This document shows, in pieces, positions 1 through 10,213 of a stretch of DNA of 64,000 nucleotides. Made by a program: the position numbers and the translations under genes. The stretch covers positions 178 to 64,177 of the forward strand of contig JAFBAK010000164.1 in NCBI GenBank assembly GCA_019247795.1, written 5' to 3'. The DNA comes from Hyphomicrobiales bacterium (GTDB lineage: Bacteria; Pseudomonadota; Alphaproteobacteria; Rhizobiales; Beijerinckiaceae). The notes below the pieces were generated by a model. It searched no databases, was not told the DNA's origin, and saw only the letters and a program-made list of their open reading frames with translations. The stretch's first letter is position 1; each line of letters begins with the position of its first letter.

Positions 1-9
1 CTGCGTCAT
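1..9 (-). CDS. Possible 5' start of a gene running off the left edge, divergent from the XRE regulator
   Basis: The minus strand reads AGGAAAGCG-ATG-ACG-CAG, i.e. an SD-like AGGA before an ATG at 9. Only 3 codons are visible. Confidence 0.3.
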
Positions 10-66
10 CGCTTTCCTGGCGGATCAATGTTTCATATATTCCCCCATCGTATATTATATTGAACG

Positions 67-633
67 ATGATGAGTGACAAATTCTTCGATCAGGAACTCG
101 GCACGCGCCTCCAGTCTCTGCGCGCGCAGCAGGGCTTGAGTCTCGGAGCGCTCGCGGATCGGTCCGGCGTGAGCAAGACCATGATCGCGCGGGTCGAAAG
201 AGCGGAGAGCAGCGCCACCGCCGCGCTCCTTGGCCGACTCTGTGCGGGCCTCGGCGTGAGGCTGAGCTCGTTGATCGCGGCCGCAGATAGGCCTGCAACG
301 CCGCTTTCGCGATTTCCCGATCAGCCCGTATGGCGAGACCCCAAGACGGGTTACCTGCGCCGTCAGGTCTCCCCGCCCGCGGCGTCGAGTAGCCTTGAGA
401 TCACCGAGATCACCTTACCGCCGGGGAAAAAGGTGGCCTACCGCGCCTGGACGGCCAATGCCTATGCGCAGCAGATATTGGTGCTCTCGGGCGAGCTCCA
501 TCTGCGAACCGGAGATGAGCGCTTCGTGCTGCGCAAAGGCGATTGCCTGGATTTTGACGTGCTGCGCCCGAACGCATTCGAGAACCGCGGCAAAACTTTC
601 GGGCGCTACCTGATCATCATTCGCAAGCACTGA
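67..633 (+). CDS. XRE-family HTH transcriptional regulator with C-terminal cupin domain
   Basis: N-terminal Cro/C1 HTH (LSLGALADRSGVSKTMIARVERAESS). Cupin motifs QILVLSGELHLRTG and KGDCLDF. Confidence 0.9.
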   Translation: MMSDKFFDQELGTRLQSLRAQQGLSLGALADRSGVSKTMIARVERAESSATAALLGRLCAGLGVRLSSLIAAADRPATPLSRFPDQPVWRDPKTGYLRRQVSPPAASSSLEITEITLPPGKKVAYRAWTANAYAQQILVLSGELHLRTGDERFVLRKGDCLDFDVLRPNAFENRGKTFGRYLIIIRKH

Positions 634-699
634 GAGGAACCCGAGCTTCTCGCAGCGTGACCGTCGAGCCGGGTTCCGAGAGACGCTCTTTGCTTCATC

Positions 700-727
700 A
701 AAAAGGGCGGGACTTCCCGCCCTTTTT
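700..727. terminator. Bidirectional intrinsic terminator between the XRE gene and groEL
   Basis: AAAAAGGGCGGGA-CT-TCCCGCCCTTTTT: perfect inverted repeat with T-runs on both strands, between convergent genes. Confidence 0.85.
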
Positions 728-750
728 AGCCGACGCCGCAACAGCCCTCC

Positions 751-2730
<1,980 letters not shown>

Positions 2731-2927
2731 CGCAAACCTCGCGTCTTCAAGAAACTTGAACGGCGATGCGACCCCACAGAGCTGGCCCGCACATGCCTTG
2801 CCCCGACGACCTCTCTTGTTAGAGAAGACGTGACCATCCTGATCGAAGACTGATCGAGCGGGCCGCAATTTCAGATACGAATGCCCGAACCCAATCCGTC
2901 GAAGGGCAACCCCGGGCCTTTAAGCCG

Positions 2928-2956
2928 AAATAGGACGAAGCCGATTCTCCATCAAG
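2928..2956 (-). promoter_or_regulatory. RpoH (sigma32)-type promoter for groES-groEL
   Basis: The minus strand reads CTTGAT-N16-CCTATTT, close to the rhizobial RpoH consensus CTTGAA-N16-CCTATAT. Confidence 0.7.
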
Positions 2957-2973
2957 AGAAAAGGATCAAAATT

Positions 2974-3000
2974 TTGGCACTCCCCACCTCGAAGTGCCAA
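2974..3000. promoter_or_regulatory. CIRCE element (HrcA operator)
   Basis: TTGGCACTC-N9-AAGTGCCAA versus consensus TTAGCACTC-N9-GAGTGCTAA; exact 9-nt spacer, upstream of a groE operon. Confidence 0.85.
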
Positions 3001-3007
3001 TCCGGGT

Positions 3008-3036
3008 CTTGAACCGAGTTGCCGGCCTTCCTAGCT
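3008..3036 (+). promoter_or_regulatory. RpoH-type promoter for the Hsp20 gene
   Basis: CTTGAA-N16-CCTAGCT. Confidence 0.7.
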
Positions 3037-3045
3037 CGACCAATT

Positions 3046-3112
3046 GGGTCCCGCCCTTCGTGGGGGATCCCGAAACAAGCTCGTAGGTATCGCTTCAAGG
3101 AGGATAGCTATG
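3046..3112 (+). promoter_or_regulatory. ROSE-like RNA thermometer in the Hsp20 5' UTR
   Basis: Upstream GC-rich hairpin (3046-3070). The 3' hairpin UAUC-G(bulge)-CUU/CAAG/GAG-GAUA places the U(U/C)GCU motif (3090-3094) opposite the SD GGAGGA. Confidence 0.75.
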
Positions 3113-3589
3113 ACCACCTATGACTTCACACCCCTTTTCAGGAGCTCGATCGGTTTCGATCGTCTTCCCTTGCTTCTGAACCACGCCTTGCAATTGGATG
3201 AAAGCACAGCCTCTTATCCGCCCTACAACATCGACAAGTGCAGCGAGGATGAATATCGCATCGTAATGGCGGTCGCCGGTTTCGGGAAGAATGATATCGA
3301 GATCGTGAGCGAGCAGAACAAGCTTACCGTTCGCGGAGAGATCAAGGAGCGCGAGGAGAAGAATTACTTGCACCGCGGCATCGCGGCACGCTCGTTTCAG
3401 CGCCAGTTCGACTTGGCCGATTTCGTCAAGGTGCGCGGCGCAGATCTCAAGGACGGCTTGTTGGTGATCAGCCTCATGCGTGAGATCCCCGAGGAAATGA
3501 AGCCGCGCCGGATCGACATCGGCACCGGTCCGGCTAGTCAGCTCGAGCAGAAGGCCGGCGGAAAGAAAGCCGAAAAAACGGAGCGTTGA
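3110..3589 (+). CDS. ibpA: Small heat-shock protein, Hsp20/IbpA family
   Basis: MTTYDFTPLFRSSIGFDRL, YPPYNI, YLHRGIAARSFQRQF, LKDGLLVISL, KPRRIDI; SD GGAGG. Confidence 0.93.
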   Translation: MTTYDFTPLFRSSIGFDRLPLLLNHALQLDESTASYPPYNIDKCSEDEYRIVMAVAGFGKNDIEIVSEQNKLTVRGEIKEREEKNYLHRGIAARSFQRQFDLADFVKVRGADLKDGLLVISLMREIPEEMKPRRIDIGTGPASQLEQKAGGKKAEKTER

Positions 3590-3617
3590 GCTCCGAGTAC
3601 CGACATCCCCGCGTTTG

Positions 3618-3652
3618 CTTTGGGCGGGACGCATCTCGCCTCCCGCCCAGAG
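3618..3652 (+). terminator. Stem-loop downstream of the Hsp20 gene
   Basis: CTTTGGGCGGGA-N11-TCCCGCCCAGAG; no clear U-tract. Confidence 0.45.
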
Positions 3653-3891
3653 CCGTCCTCATAAGACCCTTGGAAGAAAGTGGCGCAGACCTCCCAGCCA
3701 GCATGGCAGGGCGAGACTGGCGAAAGTTCCCAAATTGCCGCGAAAAACTTGGCGACTGCTCTCGACCCGTGGGCCTTGCAATCGAAGCCGCCCCACGGGA
3801 CGGGAATCGCGAAGAACGCAGAACGGCCGTCGAGCCGGTCAATGCCGGCGGTGAGTTCAGTTGCGACGCCTGCTTCGCCTCATGTCCGCAA

Positions 3892-4014
3892 TCAGCAGCG
3901 TCCGCACAGACTCACCTTCCCCCAATCATCTGCGATCGCGGACCGCCCATTATCGAACGCGTTGCAGGCCGCAAGAGAGAGACCAAGCGCAACGAATATG
4001 ACTATACGGCTCAT
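3892..4014 (-). CDS. Possible small lipoprotein (40 aa)
   Basis: MSRIVIFVALGLSLAAC: charged N-terminus, hydrophobic core and LAAC lipobox. Weak SD. Confidence 0.35.
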   Translation of the reverse strand: MSRIVIFVALGLSLAACNAFDNGRSAIADDWGKVSLCGRC

Positions 4015-4348
4015 GGGACGCCCCAAATTTAGAGTGGTGCAGCCGGGATATGGCATTTGAACGGGCCGGCACCCATGTGCGGCAAGGCCGCACCGACTAA
4101 GCACAAGAGCGCCCGTGCTGGTCGGGTTTCGAGAATTGGCCTTGTAGTCGACCGGTGAATCCCTCGAAAAACAGGCAGTTACGTATATGGAGGAACGCAT
4201 TTAGTTGAAGATATTTTCAGCACTGGCGCCGAACGCTTAACTGACTTAACCTTCCACTTGGGTGATCTGCCATGCGTTCTTGCAACGCTTCGAGAGTGCA
4301 GCGCGTTCATCCTGTGGGATCATCAAAGAGATTGGGAGGTTTGCCGTG

Positions 4349-4864
4349 ATGACAAAGCACTGGACGGTGGCTGCAATTGCAGCCGGCGCGCTGTCTTTAA
4401 CTCTTTTCTCGTTCAGCCCCGCCGAGGCCCTTTCACGCAGCGAATGCAGCGCGAAATACAAGGCGGCGAAAGATGCCGGCACCCTCAACGGAATGAAGTG
4501 GAACGATTTCCAGAAGACGCAATGTGCGGGAGATGCATCCACCGCTGCCGCCCCATCGGCGGCGCCCGCGGCTTCGACGCCCCGACCCACACCTTCGGCA
4601 TCTTCGCCGCCTTCAGGCCAGATCGCCAACCCGTTGAAGAAGATCGTCCCCGGCGCCTCGACGAGTTCGGCTGGAGCTCCCGTTTTCCCGACGGCCATAT
4701 CGCCTAAATATTCGAGCGAGTCCGCGGGGAAGCAACGGATGCACACCTGCCTTGACCAATACAACGCCAACAAATCGACGGGCGGTAATGGCAGCATGAA
4801 ATGGATCATGAAGGGCGGCGGTTATTACAGCGAGTGCAATAAGCACCTGAAGGGTGAGGGCTGA
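4349..4864 (+). CDS. Secreted hypothetical protein with two Cys-pair modules and an Ala/Pro/Ser linker
   Basis: SD GGGAGG; signal peptide ending AEA; modules ECSAKYKAAK...FQKTQC and TCLDQYNANK...YYSEC. Confidence 0.8.
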   Translation: MTKHWTVAAIAAGALSLTLFSFSPAEALSRSECSAKYKAAKDAGTLNGMKWNDFQKTQCAGDASTAAAPSAAPAASTPRPTPSASSPPSGQIANPLKKIVPGASTSSAGAPVFPTAISPKYSSESAGKQRMHTCLDQYNANKSTGGNGSMKWIMKGGGYYSECNKHLKGEG

Positions 4865-4895
4865 ACCGAACGCAGATCCGATTGGACGATAACAG

Positions 4896-4930
4896 TCCCG
4901 CCGCAGGGTTTCTGCGGCGGGATTATTTTT
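4896..4930 (+). terminator. Intrinsic terminator
   Basis: TCCCGCCGCAG-GGTTT-CTGCGGCGGGA followed by TTATTTTT. Confidence 0.8.
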
Positions 4931-5248
4931 GAGCGCGTGAAAAATCGGGCGTTTCCGGCAGGAGAAAGAACAACCGACCAGCAGCTCGCAATCCGCTGCC
5001 TGAGACGCCCTGAGGTGCCTGTGCCAGATCGCCCCTTGAGCCGCGCTTCGATCAGGGCCTTAGTTGAAGCTACAAACGCGGCTTTTGCTTTGGTATCTAT
5101 CTCTTGGCCATATCCCATTGCTTGCGATGTCCCGGACAAGAGATGGGATTTCTCGATATCGCATGACCGGATCGTCGAAGTGCGACTTTCACCAATCAGC
5201 TGCGAGCTTCGCCCTTCGCACGACCGGAACTGAGGGAGCACCGACACG

Positions 5249-6547
5249 ATGAGCTACGCATCGGCAGCGACGGTCGCGCGGTCCGACCGGAGGCGAACGC
5301 TTCTCGGCGGAGCGATTGGCCACTTCATCGAATGGTACGACTGGTCGATCTACGGTTTTCTCGCCGCCATTTTCGCGGCCCAGATGTTTCCCGCGAGCGA
5401 TCTGACAGCGTCGCTGATCGCAAGCTTCCTCGCCTTCGCGCTCGGCTTTCTGGGCCGTCCCATCGGCGCGTTTGTGCTTTCCCCGCTCGCCGACAAATAT
5501 GGGCGTCGCGCACTGCTTTCGGCCACGATCATCATGACGGGCATCGGCAGCTTGGCGATCGCCCTGTGCCCCACCTATGCGCAAATCGGCGTCGCGGCGC
5601 CGTTGCTCATCACGGCAGCGCGTCTCTTGCAAGGCTTTTCGGCAGGAGGCGAATATCAGATCGCGGCGAGCTTCCTCAACGAGCATGGCGCCACGGAGCG
5701 CCGCGCGCTGGACGGTTCCCCACAACAGATCTCCATCGGCCTCGCGGTGCTCGCCGCGACCGGGATCGCAAGCCTCACCACAAAGATCTTTTCGGCGGAG
5801 CAACTCACCGCTTTTGGATGGCGGATGCCGTTCGTCGTCGGCGCCCTCCTCTCACTTTACGGCCTTTATCTGCGCTTCGGCATCGCGGAGACGTCGGCTT
5901 TCCGCAACCAGGAGGAAGCCCAGAGCCACGTCAGCGTCGCGTCGATCGTCGCCTCCATCGCTCAATTCCCGCGCCAGGTTTTCATCGTCTTCGTCATCCA
6001 GCTCGGCGGCTTCCAATATTACCTGTGGATGATCTTCCTCCCGACCTATGCAAATCTCGTGGGCGGTCTCGACCGAGCATCGGGGTTCACCGGCAGCATC
6101 CTCGCGAGCGTCGCATACTGCATCGGGGTGCCGACATTTGCTCATTTATCGGACCGTTGGGGTCGCAGGCCCTTCCTGATCGGTTCGGCGGCCTGTTTTC
6201 TTCTCTTCAGTTATCCGCTCCTGAAGATGCTCGCGGTCCCCAATCTCTCGTTTGGAACTTTCGCGTTCGTGGCAGTGGTCGGCGCCCTTTTCATCGCCCT
6301 CAACAACGGCGTGATCGGCACCGTCTTCGCGGAACTCTTCCCCACCCGAGTACGAGCCTCAGGCATCGGCATTCCCTATGCGGTCAGCGCTGCGATTTTC
6401 GGTGGCACGGCCCCCGTCGTGACGACGTGGCTGCATCAAGCCGGAGGGCCGCTTTATGTCGCGTTCTATATCATGCTCATCTGCGCCATCGCGGTCGCCA
6501 CTCATGTTTTCCTGACGCCGGAGACGCGCGGCAAGCCGCTCGAGTGA
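5249..6547 (+). CDS. MFS transporter, metabolite:H+ symporter (ProP/KgtP-like) family
   Basis: GHFIEWYDWSIYG, LADKYGRR, RLLQGFSAGGE, LSDRWGRR, ELFPTRVRASG and PETRGK motifs. Confidence 0.92.
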   Translation: MSYASAATVARSDRRRTLLGGAIGHFIEWYDWSIYGFLAAIFAAQMFPASDLTASLIASFLAFALGFLGRPIGAFVLSPLADKYGRRALLSATIIMTGIGSLAIALCPTYAQIGVAAPLLITAARLLQGFSAGGEYQIAASFLNEHGATERRALDGSPQQISIGLAVLAATGIASLTTKIFSAEQLTAFGWRMPFVVGALLSLYGLYLRFGIAETSAFRNQEEAQSHVSVASIVASIAQFPRQVFIVFVIQLGGFQYYLWMIFLPTYANLVGGLDRASGFTGSILASVAYCIGVPTFAHLSDRWGRRPFLIGSAACFLLFSYPLLKMLAVPNLSFGTFAFVAVVGALFIALNNGVIGTVFAELFPTRVRASGIGIPYAVSAAIFGGTAPVVTTWLHQAGGPLYVAFYIMLICAIAVATHVFLTPETRGKPLE

Positions 6548-6582
6548 CACGCTTCCACTTTCCGGAGCGATAGGCCGCGACA

Positions 6583-7611
6583 ATGTTGGTCATTCACCAC
6601 CCCGATCAAGCTCTCCACGATCCCGAAGAGGTTTTCCGCACGGGCAAATTTATTGCCCAGCCGGATCGCGCCGAGCGCTACAGCATCTTTCTCGACATCG
6701 TGACCCAGGACGGACATGAGGTCGCGACGGCCCCGCTGAACCGTCCTGAGGCCATCGTTGCGGTGCACGATCCCGCCTATGTCGAGTTCCTCAAAACGGT
6801 TTACGCTCGATGGAAGGAGCAGCCCGAGTACGGTCCCGTGGCCATTCCCAATGTGCACCCGACGCACCGGATGTTCCGCAAGCCGACAGAACTCTTGGGC
6901 GAGCTCGGCTGGTATTCGAACTCGACGTCATGCCCCATCACCGAGGGGACTTGGCCCGCGATTTTTGCGAGCGCGCAAGTCGCGATTCACGGGGCGGAGC
7001 GCGTCACCTCCCCTGACAAACCGGTCTATGCGATGTGCCGTCCCCCGGGCCATCACGCCTATCCGGATCTGATGAGCGGCGTCTGCTTCCTCAATAATGC
7101 AGCCATTGCGGCCGAAGAACTGGCGAAGCGTTTCGGCACGGTCGCGGTTATCGATTTCGATGTGCATCATTGCAATGGGACGCAGTTCATCTTCTGGACA
7201 CGGCCCGATGTGCTCGTGACCTCGATCCACGTCGATCCTCGACTGTCAGCCCCTTACTACGCAGGCCATGCCGACGAGATCGGCGAAGGCATGGGCAAGG
7301 GCTTGAATCTCAACTTGCCCCTGCCCTGGGCGACGGATGATCGGGCGTGGCTCGGGGCGCTCGACATTGCAATCGCTCGCATCCGCCAGTTCGCACCGGG
7401 CGCGCTTGTCGTCTCCCAAGGCTTCGATGCCGCAGAAAATGATCCCTGCAAAACCTTCGTGATCACGGAGGCGGGCTTCGCCGAAGCGGGGCGCAGGCTG
7501 CGTGCACTCGGCTATCCAACCTTGCTGGTGCAGGAAGGCGGCTATCTCAGTCCCTCACTTGGCGGGTATCTGCGGAGCTTCCTCGCGGCGTTCGACCGCA
7601 TGTTGGCCTGA
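6583..7611 (+). CDS. Histone deacetylase-family / acetylpolyamine amidohydrolase-like Zn deacylase
   Basis: YAMCRPPGHHA, GVCFLNNAA, IDFDVHH, SQGFDA and QEGGY motifs. Confidence 0.88.
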   Translation: MLVIHHPDQALHDPEEVFRTGKFIAQPDRAERYSIFLDIVTQDGHEVATAPLNRPEAIVAVHDPAYVEFLKTVYARWKEQPEYGPVAIPNVHPTHRMFRKPTELLGELGWYSNSTSCPITEGTWPAIFASAQVAIHGAERVTSPDKPVYAMCRPPGHHAYPDLMSGVCFLNNAAIAAEELAKRFGTVAVIDFDVHHCNGTQFIFWTRPDVLVTSIHVDPRLSAPYYAGHADEIGEGMGKGLNLNLPLPWATDDRAWLGALDIAIARIRQFAPGALVVSQGFDAAENDPCKTFVITEAGFAEAGRRLRALGYPTLLVQEGGYLSPSLGGYLRSFLAAFDRMLA

Positions 7612-7679
7612 GCGCGACCGGAATACGGAACGGGGCGACGTGGTCCGCAAAATATTCAAGCGTCTCGGAGAGAGAGTTG

Positions 7680-8786
7680 ATGAAGGCAATCGTGATCGGA
7701 GCCGGCGTCATCGGAGCAGGTGTCGCCTACCGGTTGGCCGAAGCGGGCGCTGACGTCACGATCCTGGAAGCTGACCGGGTTGGTGGCGGCACTTCGGCGA
7801 CGAGTTTCGCCTGGACGAATTCGCACGGCAAGGAGCCACGCGAGTATCACGATCTCAATGTCCGAGGCATGAAGGCTCATGTCGCGCTGGCCGAGGAGTT
7901 CCAGGGCTGGCGATGGTTCCACCCGTGCGGCAGCATCGAGTGGTGCGGCGAGACGACCGAGGATCGCGAGCGCCAGGCTCGGAATGTCGAACGGTTGAAG
8001 TCCTGGGATTACGCGATCGATTGGATCACCCGCAAAGAGCTCGGCGAGCTCGAGCCCGACATCGACCTCGGCAAGCTGGGCGATGCTCCCATCACATTCT
8101 GCCCGCAGGAAGGATATGTAGATCCGGTGATCTACGCCGCCGTCATGATGCGCGAAGCGATCAAGCGTGGGGCCAAGCTCGAACAAAGTGCCAAGGTTGC
8201 CGATCTCGAGATCCGAAATGGTGCGGTGCGTGGGGCTCGGACCAAGGATGGCTCACTTCACGAAGCCGATATCGTCATCAACTGCGCAGGCCGCTGGGCC
8301 GACCGCGTGGCGCAGGATCCGGGACTGCGGCTGCCGCTTGCTCCCACCACAGGTTTCATCGTGTTCACACCCCCGGTCGCGACCACCGTCACGCATCTGG
8401 TCCATAGCCCATTCGTCAATTTTCGACCTGACGGCGCCGGCCGGCTGATGCTGCACAACACCGACATCGACGACGAGACGACGCTCGAGATGACGCCTCG
8501 TCCGGACATGCCGCAGGCACTCGCAATCATGCGGCATGCTGCCGAGCTGATGCCGACGCTCAAGGGCGTGAAGCCCGAGGCCGCCCGCATCACCGCGCGC
8601 GCCATCCCGCAGGACGGTCTTTCGGCCATCGGTCCAGCGCCGCGCGTCAAAGGATATTACTTCGTCGTTACCCACAGCGGCGTCACGCTCTCCCCCTACC
8701 TCGCCAAGGCGGTGACGGACGAGATCATGCATAATCGGGCACGGCCGGAGCTCGAGAAGTTCCGCCCTGCTCGATTCTTCAACTGA
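7680..8786 (+). CDS. FAD-dependent oxidoreductase, DAO/glycine oxidase family
   Basis: IVIGAGVIG dinucleotide-binding motif, GTSATSFAW, R-A-I-P-Q-D-G and THSGVTLSP. Confidence 0.88.
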   Translation: MKAIVIGAGVIGAGVAYRLAEAGADVTILEADRVGGGTSATSFAWTNSHGKEPREYHDLNVRGMKAHVALAEEFQGWRWFHPCGSIEWCGETTEDRERQARNVERLKSWDYAIDWITRKELGELEPDIDLGKLGDAPITFCPQEGYVDPVIYAAVMMREAIKRGAKLEQSAKVADLEIRNGAVRGARTKDGSLHEADIVINCAGRWADRVAQDPGLRLPLAPTTGFIVFTPPVATTVTHLVHSPFVNFRPDGAGRLMLHNTDIDDETTLEMTPRPDMPQALAIMRHAAELMPTLKGVKPEAARITARAIPQDGLSAIGPAPRVKGYYFVVTHSGVTLSPYLAKAVTDEIMHNRARPELEKFRPARFFN

Positions 8787-8917
8787 AATCATCGATTCGA
8801 AGCACTGGGCTCGAATTCCTCACCCGATGTGCGAGAGGCGACAATATGCGCCGCTGGCTTCATCGAGGGCCGCCCCCGTGGAACGGGTTCCAGACAATCA
8901 GATGAGGGAGATGGCTG

Positions 8918-10093
8918 ATGAGTGCTGCTCGACGCGGCAAGGACGTCGTGATTGTCGGGGGTGGCATCTATGGTGCGAGCCTCGCGTACGATCTCGCGAC
9001 TTCTGGCTGCAAAGTGACGTTGCTCGAAGCCGGTGAGATCGCCGCAGGCGCGTCGGGTGGCGCAGGCGAACGTGGCGTCAGAGCCTCAAACCGCGACATT
9101 CGAGAATTGCCGATCGTCGCGTTGGCGCAGCGGCGCTGGACCCGGCTTCAAACCGATCTCGAAGGCGGCCTCGGCTATCGCCGCATCGGAGGCCTGCATG
9201 TTTTCGATATTCCTTACGGCCAACGTCGTAGCGAAGTGATCGACGAGCTCGAGGCACGAGCGGCTGTCCAACAAGGGCTTGGTGTGCCGACGCGACTTTT
9301 GACGCGCGACGAAGCTTTGTCGATCGAGCCGGAGCTGTCGCCTGGCGTGCAGGGCGCGATCTATTGCCCGGATGACGGCGTCGCCGACCACAGCTTCGCG
9401 ACGCGCCAGCTCGCGAGCGCCGCCGAGAAGAGCAGCGCGAAAATCAGGAGCGCCGCAAAGGTCGACGAAATCGTCAGCGAGAACGACAGGGCCATCGCCG
9501 TGAAGCTCTCGGACGGCGAGAGGATTACGGTCGGTGACGAGCTCGTGCTCCTGGCAAATAGCGGCATTCCGCGCTTGCTGCGGCCCTTCCTCGAGCCTCA
9601 CGAAACACTGCCCGTCTGGAACATCATCCCGCAGATGCTGTTCGTCACCAACCCCGAAAAGAGGAAGATAAATCATCTGATCGGGCACAGATTCCGCAAG
9701 CTTTCCTTGAAGCAGCTCCCCGACGACACCGTGATGATCTCGGGAGGGTGGGGCCTCGACCACGGCGAGGAAGGGCGACTTCACGGCTCGCTCACGGCGA
9801 GCGCGCTCAATATCAGCGACGCCGTCGCGACCTTTCCCTTCCTCGACCGCTCCGCCTTCCTCAAGGTCGACGGATCGCGCATCGACACTTGCTCCATCGA
9901 CCATATTCCGATCATCGGGCGACCGGCCAACATCGGCAATTTGCTCTATGCCTTCGCCTGGTCGGGCCACGGCTTTGCGATCTCGCTCGGCTTTTCGAAA
10001 TACCTCACCGACTGGATCACGAGCGGCGAAGAACCAGCGCAACTGGCGCCATTCTCACCGCGCAGATTCCAGAGACGGGCCCCCCACATATGA
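8918..10093 (+). CDS. FAD-dependent oxidoreductase, DAO/sarcosine oxidase beta-like family
   Basis: VVIVGGGIYG, GASGG, DHIPIIG and WSGHGFAIS motifs. Confidence 0.88.
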   Translation: MSAARRGKDVVIVGGGIYGASLAYDLATSGCKVTLLEAGEIAAGASGGAGERGVRASNRDIRELPIVALAQRRWTRLQTDLEGGLGYRRIGGLHVFDIPYGQRRSEVIDELEARAAVQQGLGVPTRLLTRDEALSIEPELSPGVQGAIYCPDDGVADHSFATRQLASAAEKSSAKIRSAAKVDEIVSENDRAIAVKLSDGERITVGDELVLLANSGIPRLLRPFLEPHETLPVWNIIPQMLFVTNPEKRKINHLIGHRFRKLSLKQLPDDTVMISGGWGLDHGEEGRLHGSLTASALNISDAVATFPFLDRSAFLKVDGSRIDTCSIDHIPIIGRPANIGNLLYAFAWSGHGFAISLGFSKYLTDWITSGEEPAQLAPFSPRRFQRRAPHI

Positions 10094-10213
10094 GCGACGT
10101 GTAATCTTATTCAACATCAGAGACGATCGCGAGACGCGAGCGCGTGCGATCGACAGGAAAGCCGAACGGCCGCAGCACGCGACAGCGTAAGGGCCACAAT
10201 GGCAGCATCAGGT

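Noticed and set aside
3590-4060. Plus-strand ORFs 3586-4032 and 3680-4060
   Set aside because: Low-complexity Ser/Pro/Arg-rich translations overlapping a hairpin, with no family motifs.
4237-4250. TTAA-CTGAC-TTAAC as a CtrA box
   Set aside because: The spacer is 5 nt, not the required 7.
4865-5248. ORFs 4825-5247 (-) and 4937-5233 (+) as a regulator for the catabolic operon
   Set aside because: No HTH or other recognisable motif and no good SD; more likely terminator and promoter DNA.
7680-10093. Opine oxidase or HCN synthase (ooxAB/hcnABC) assignment for the two FAD enzymes
   Set aside because: Both are single DAO-type chains; the pyridine-nucleotide oxidoreductase A subunit and the 2Fe-2S subunit are missing.
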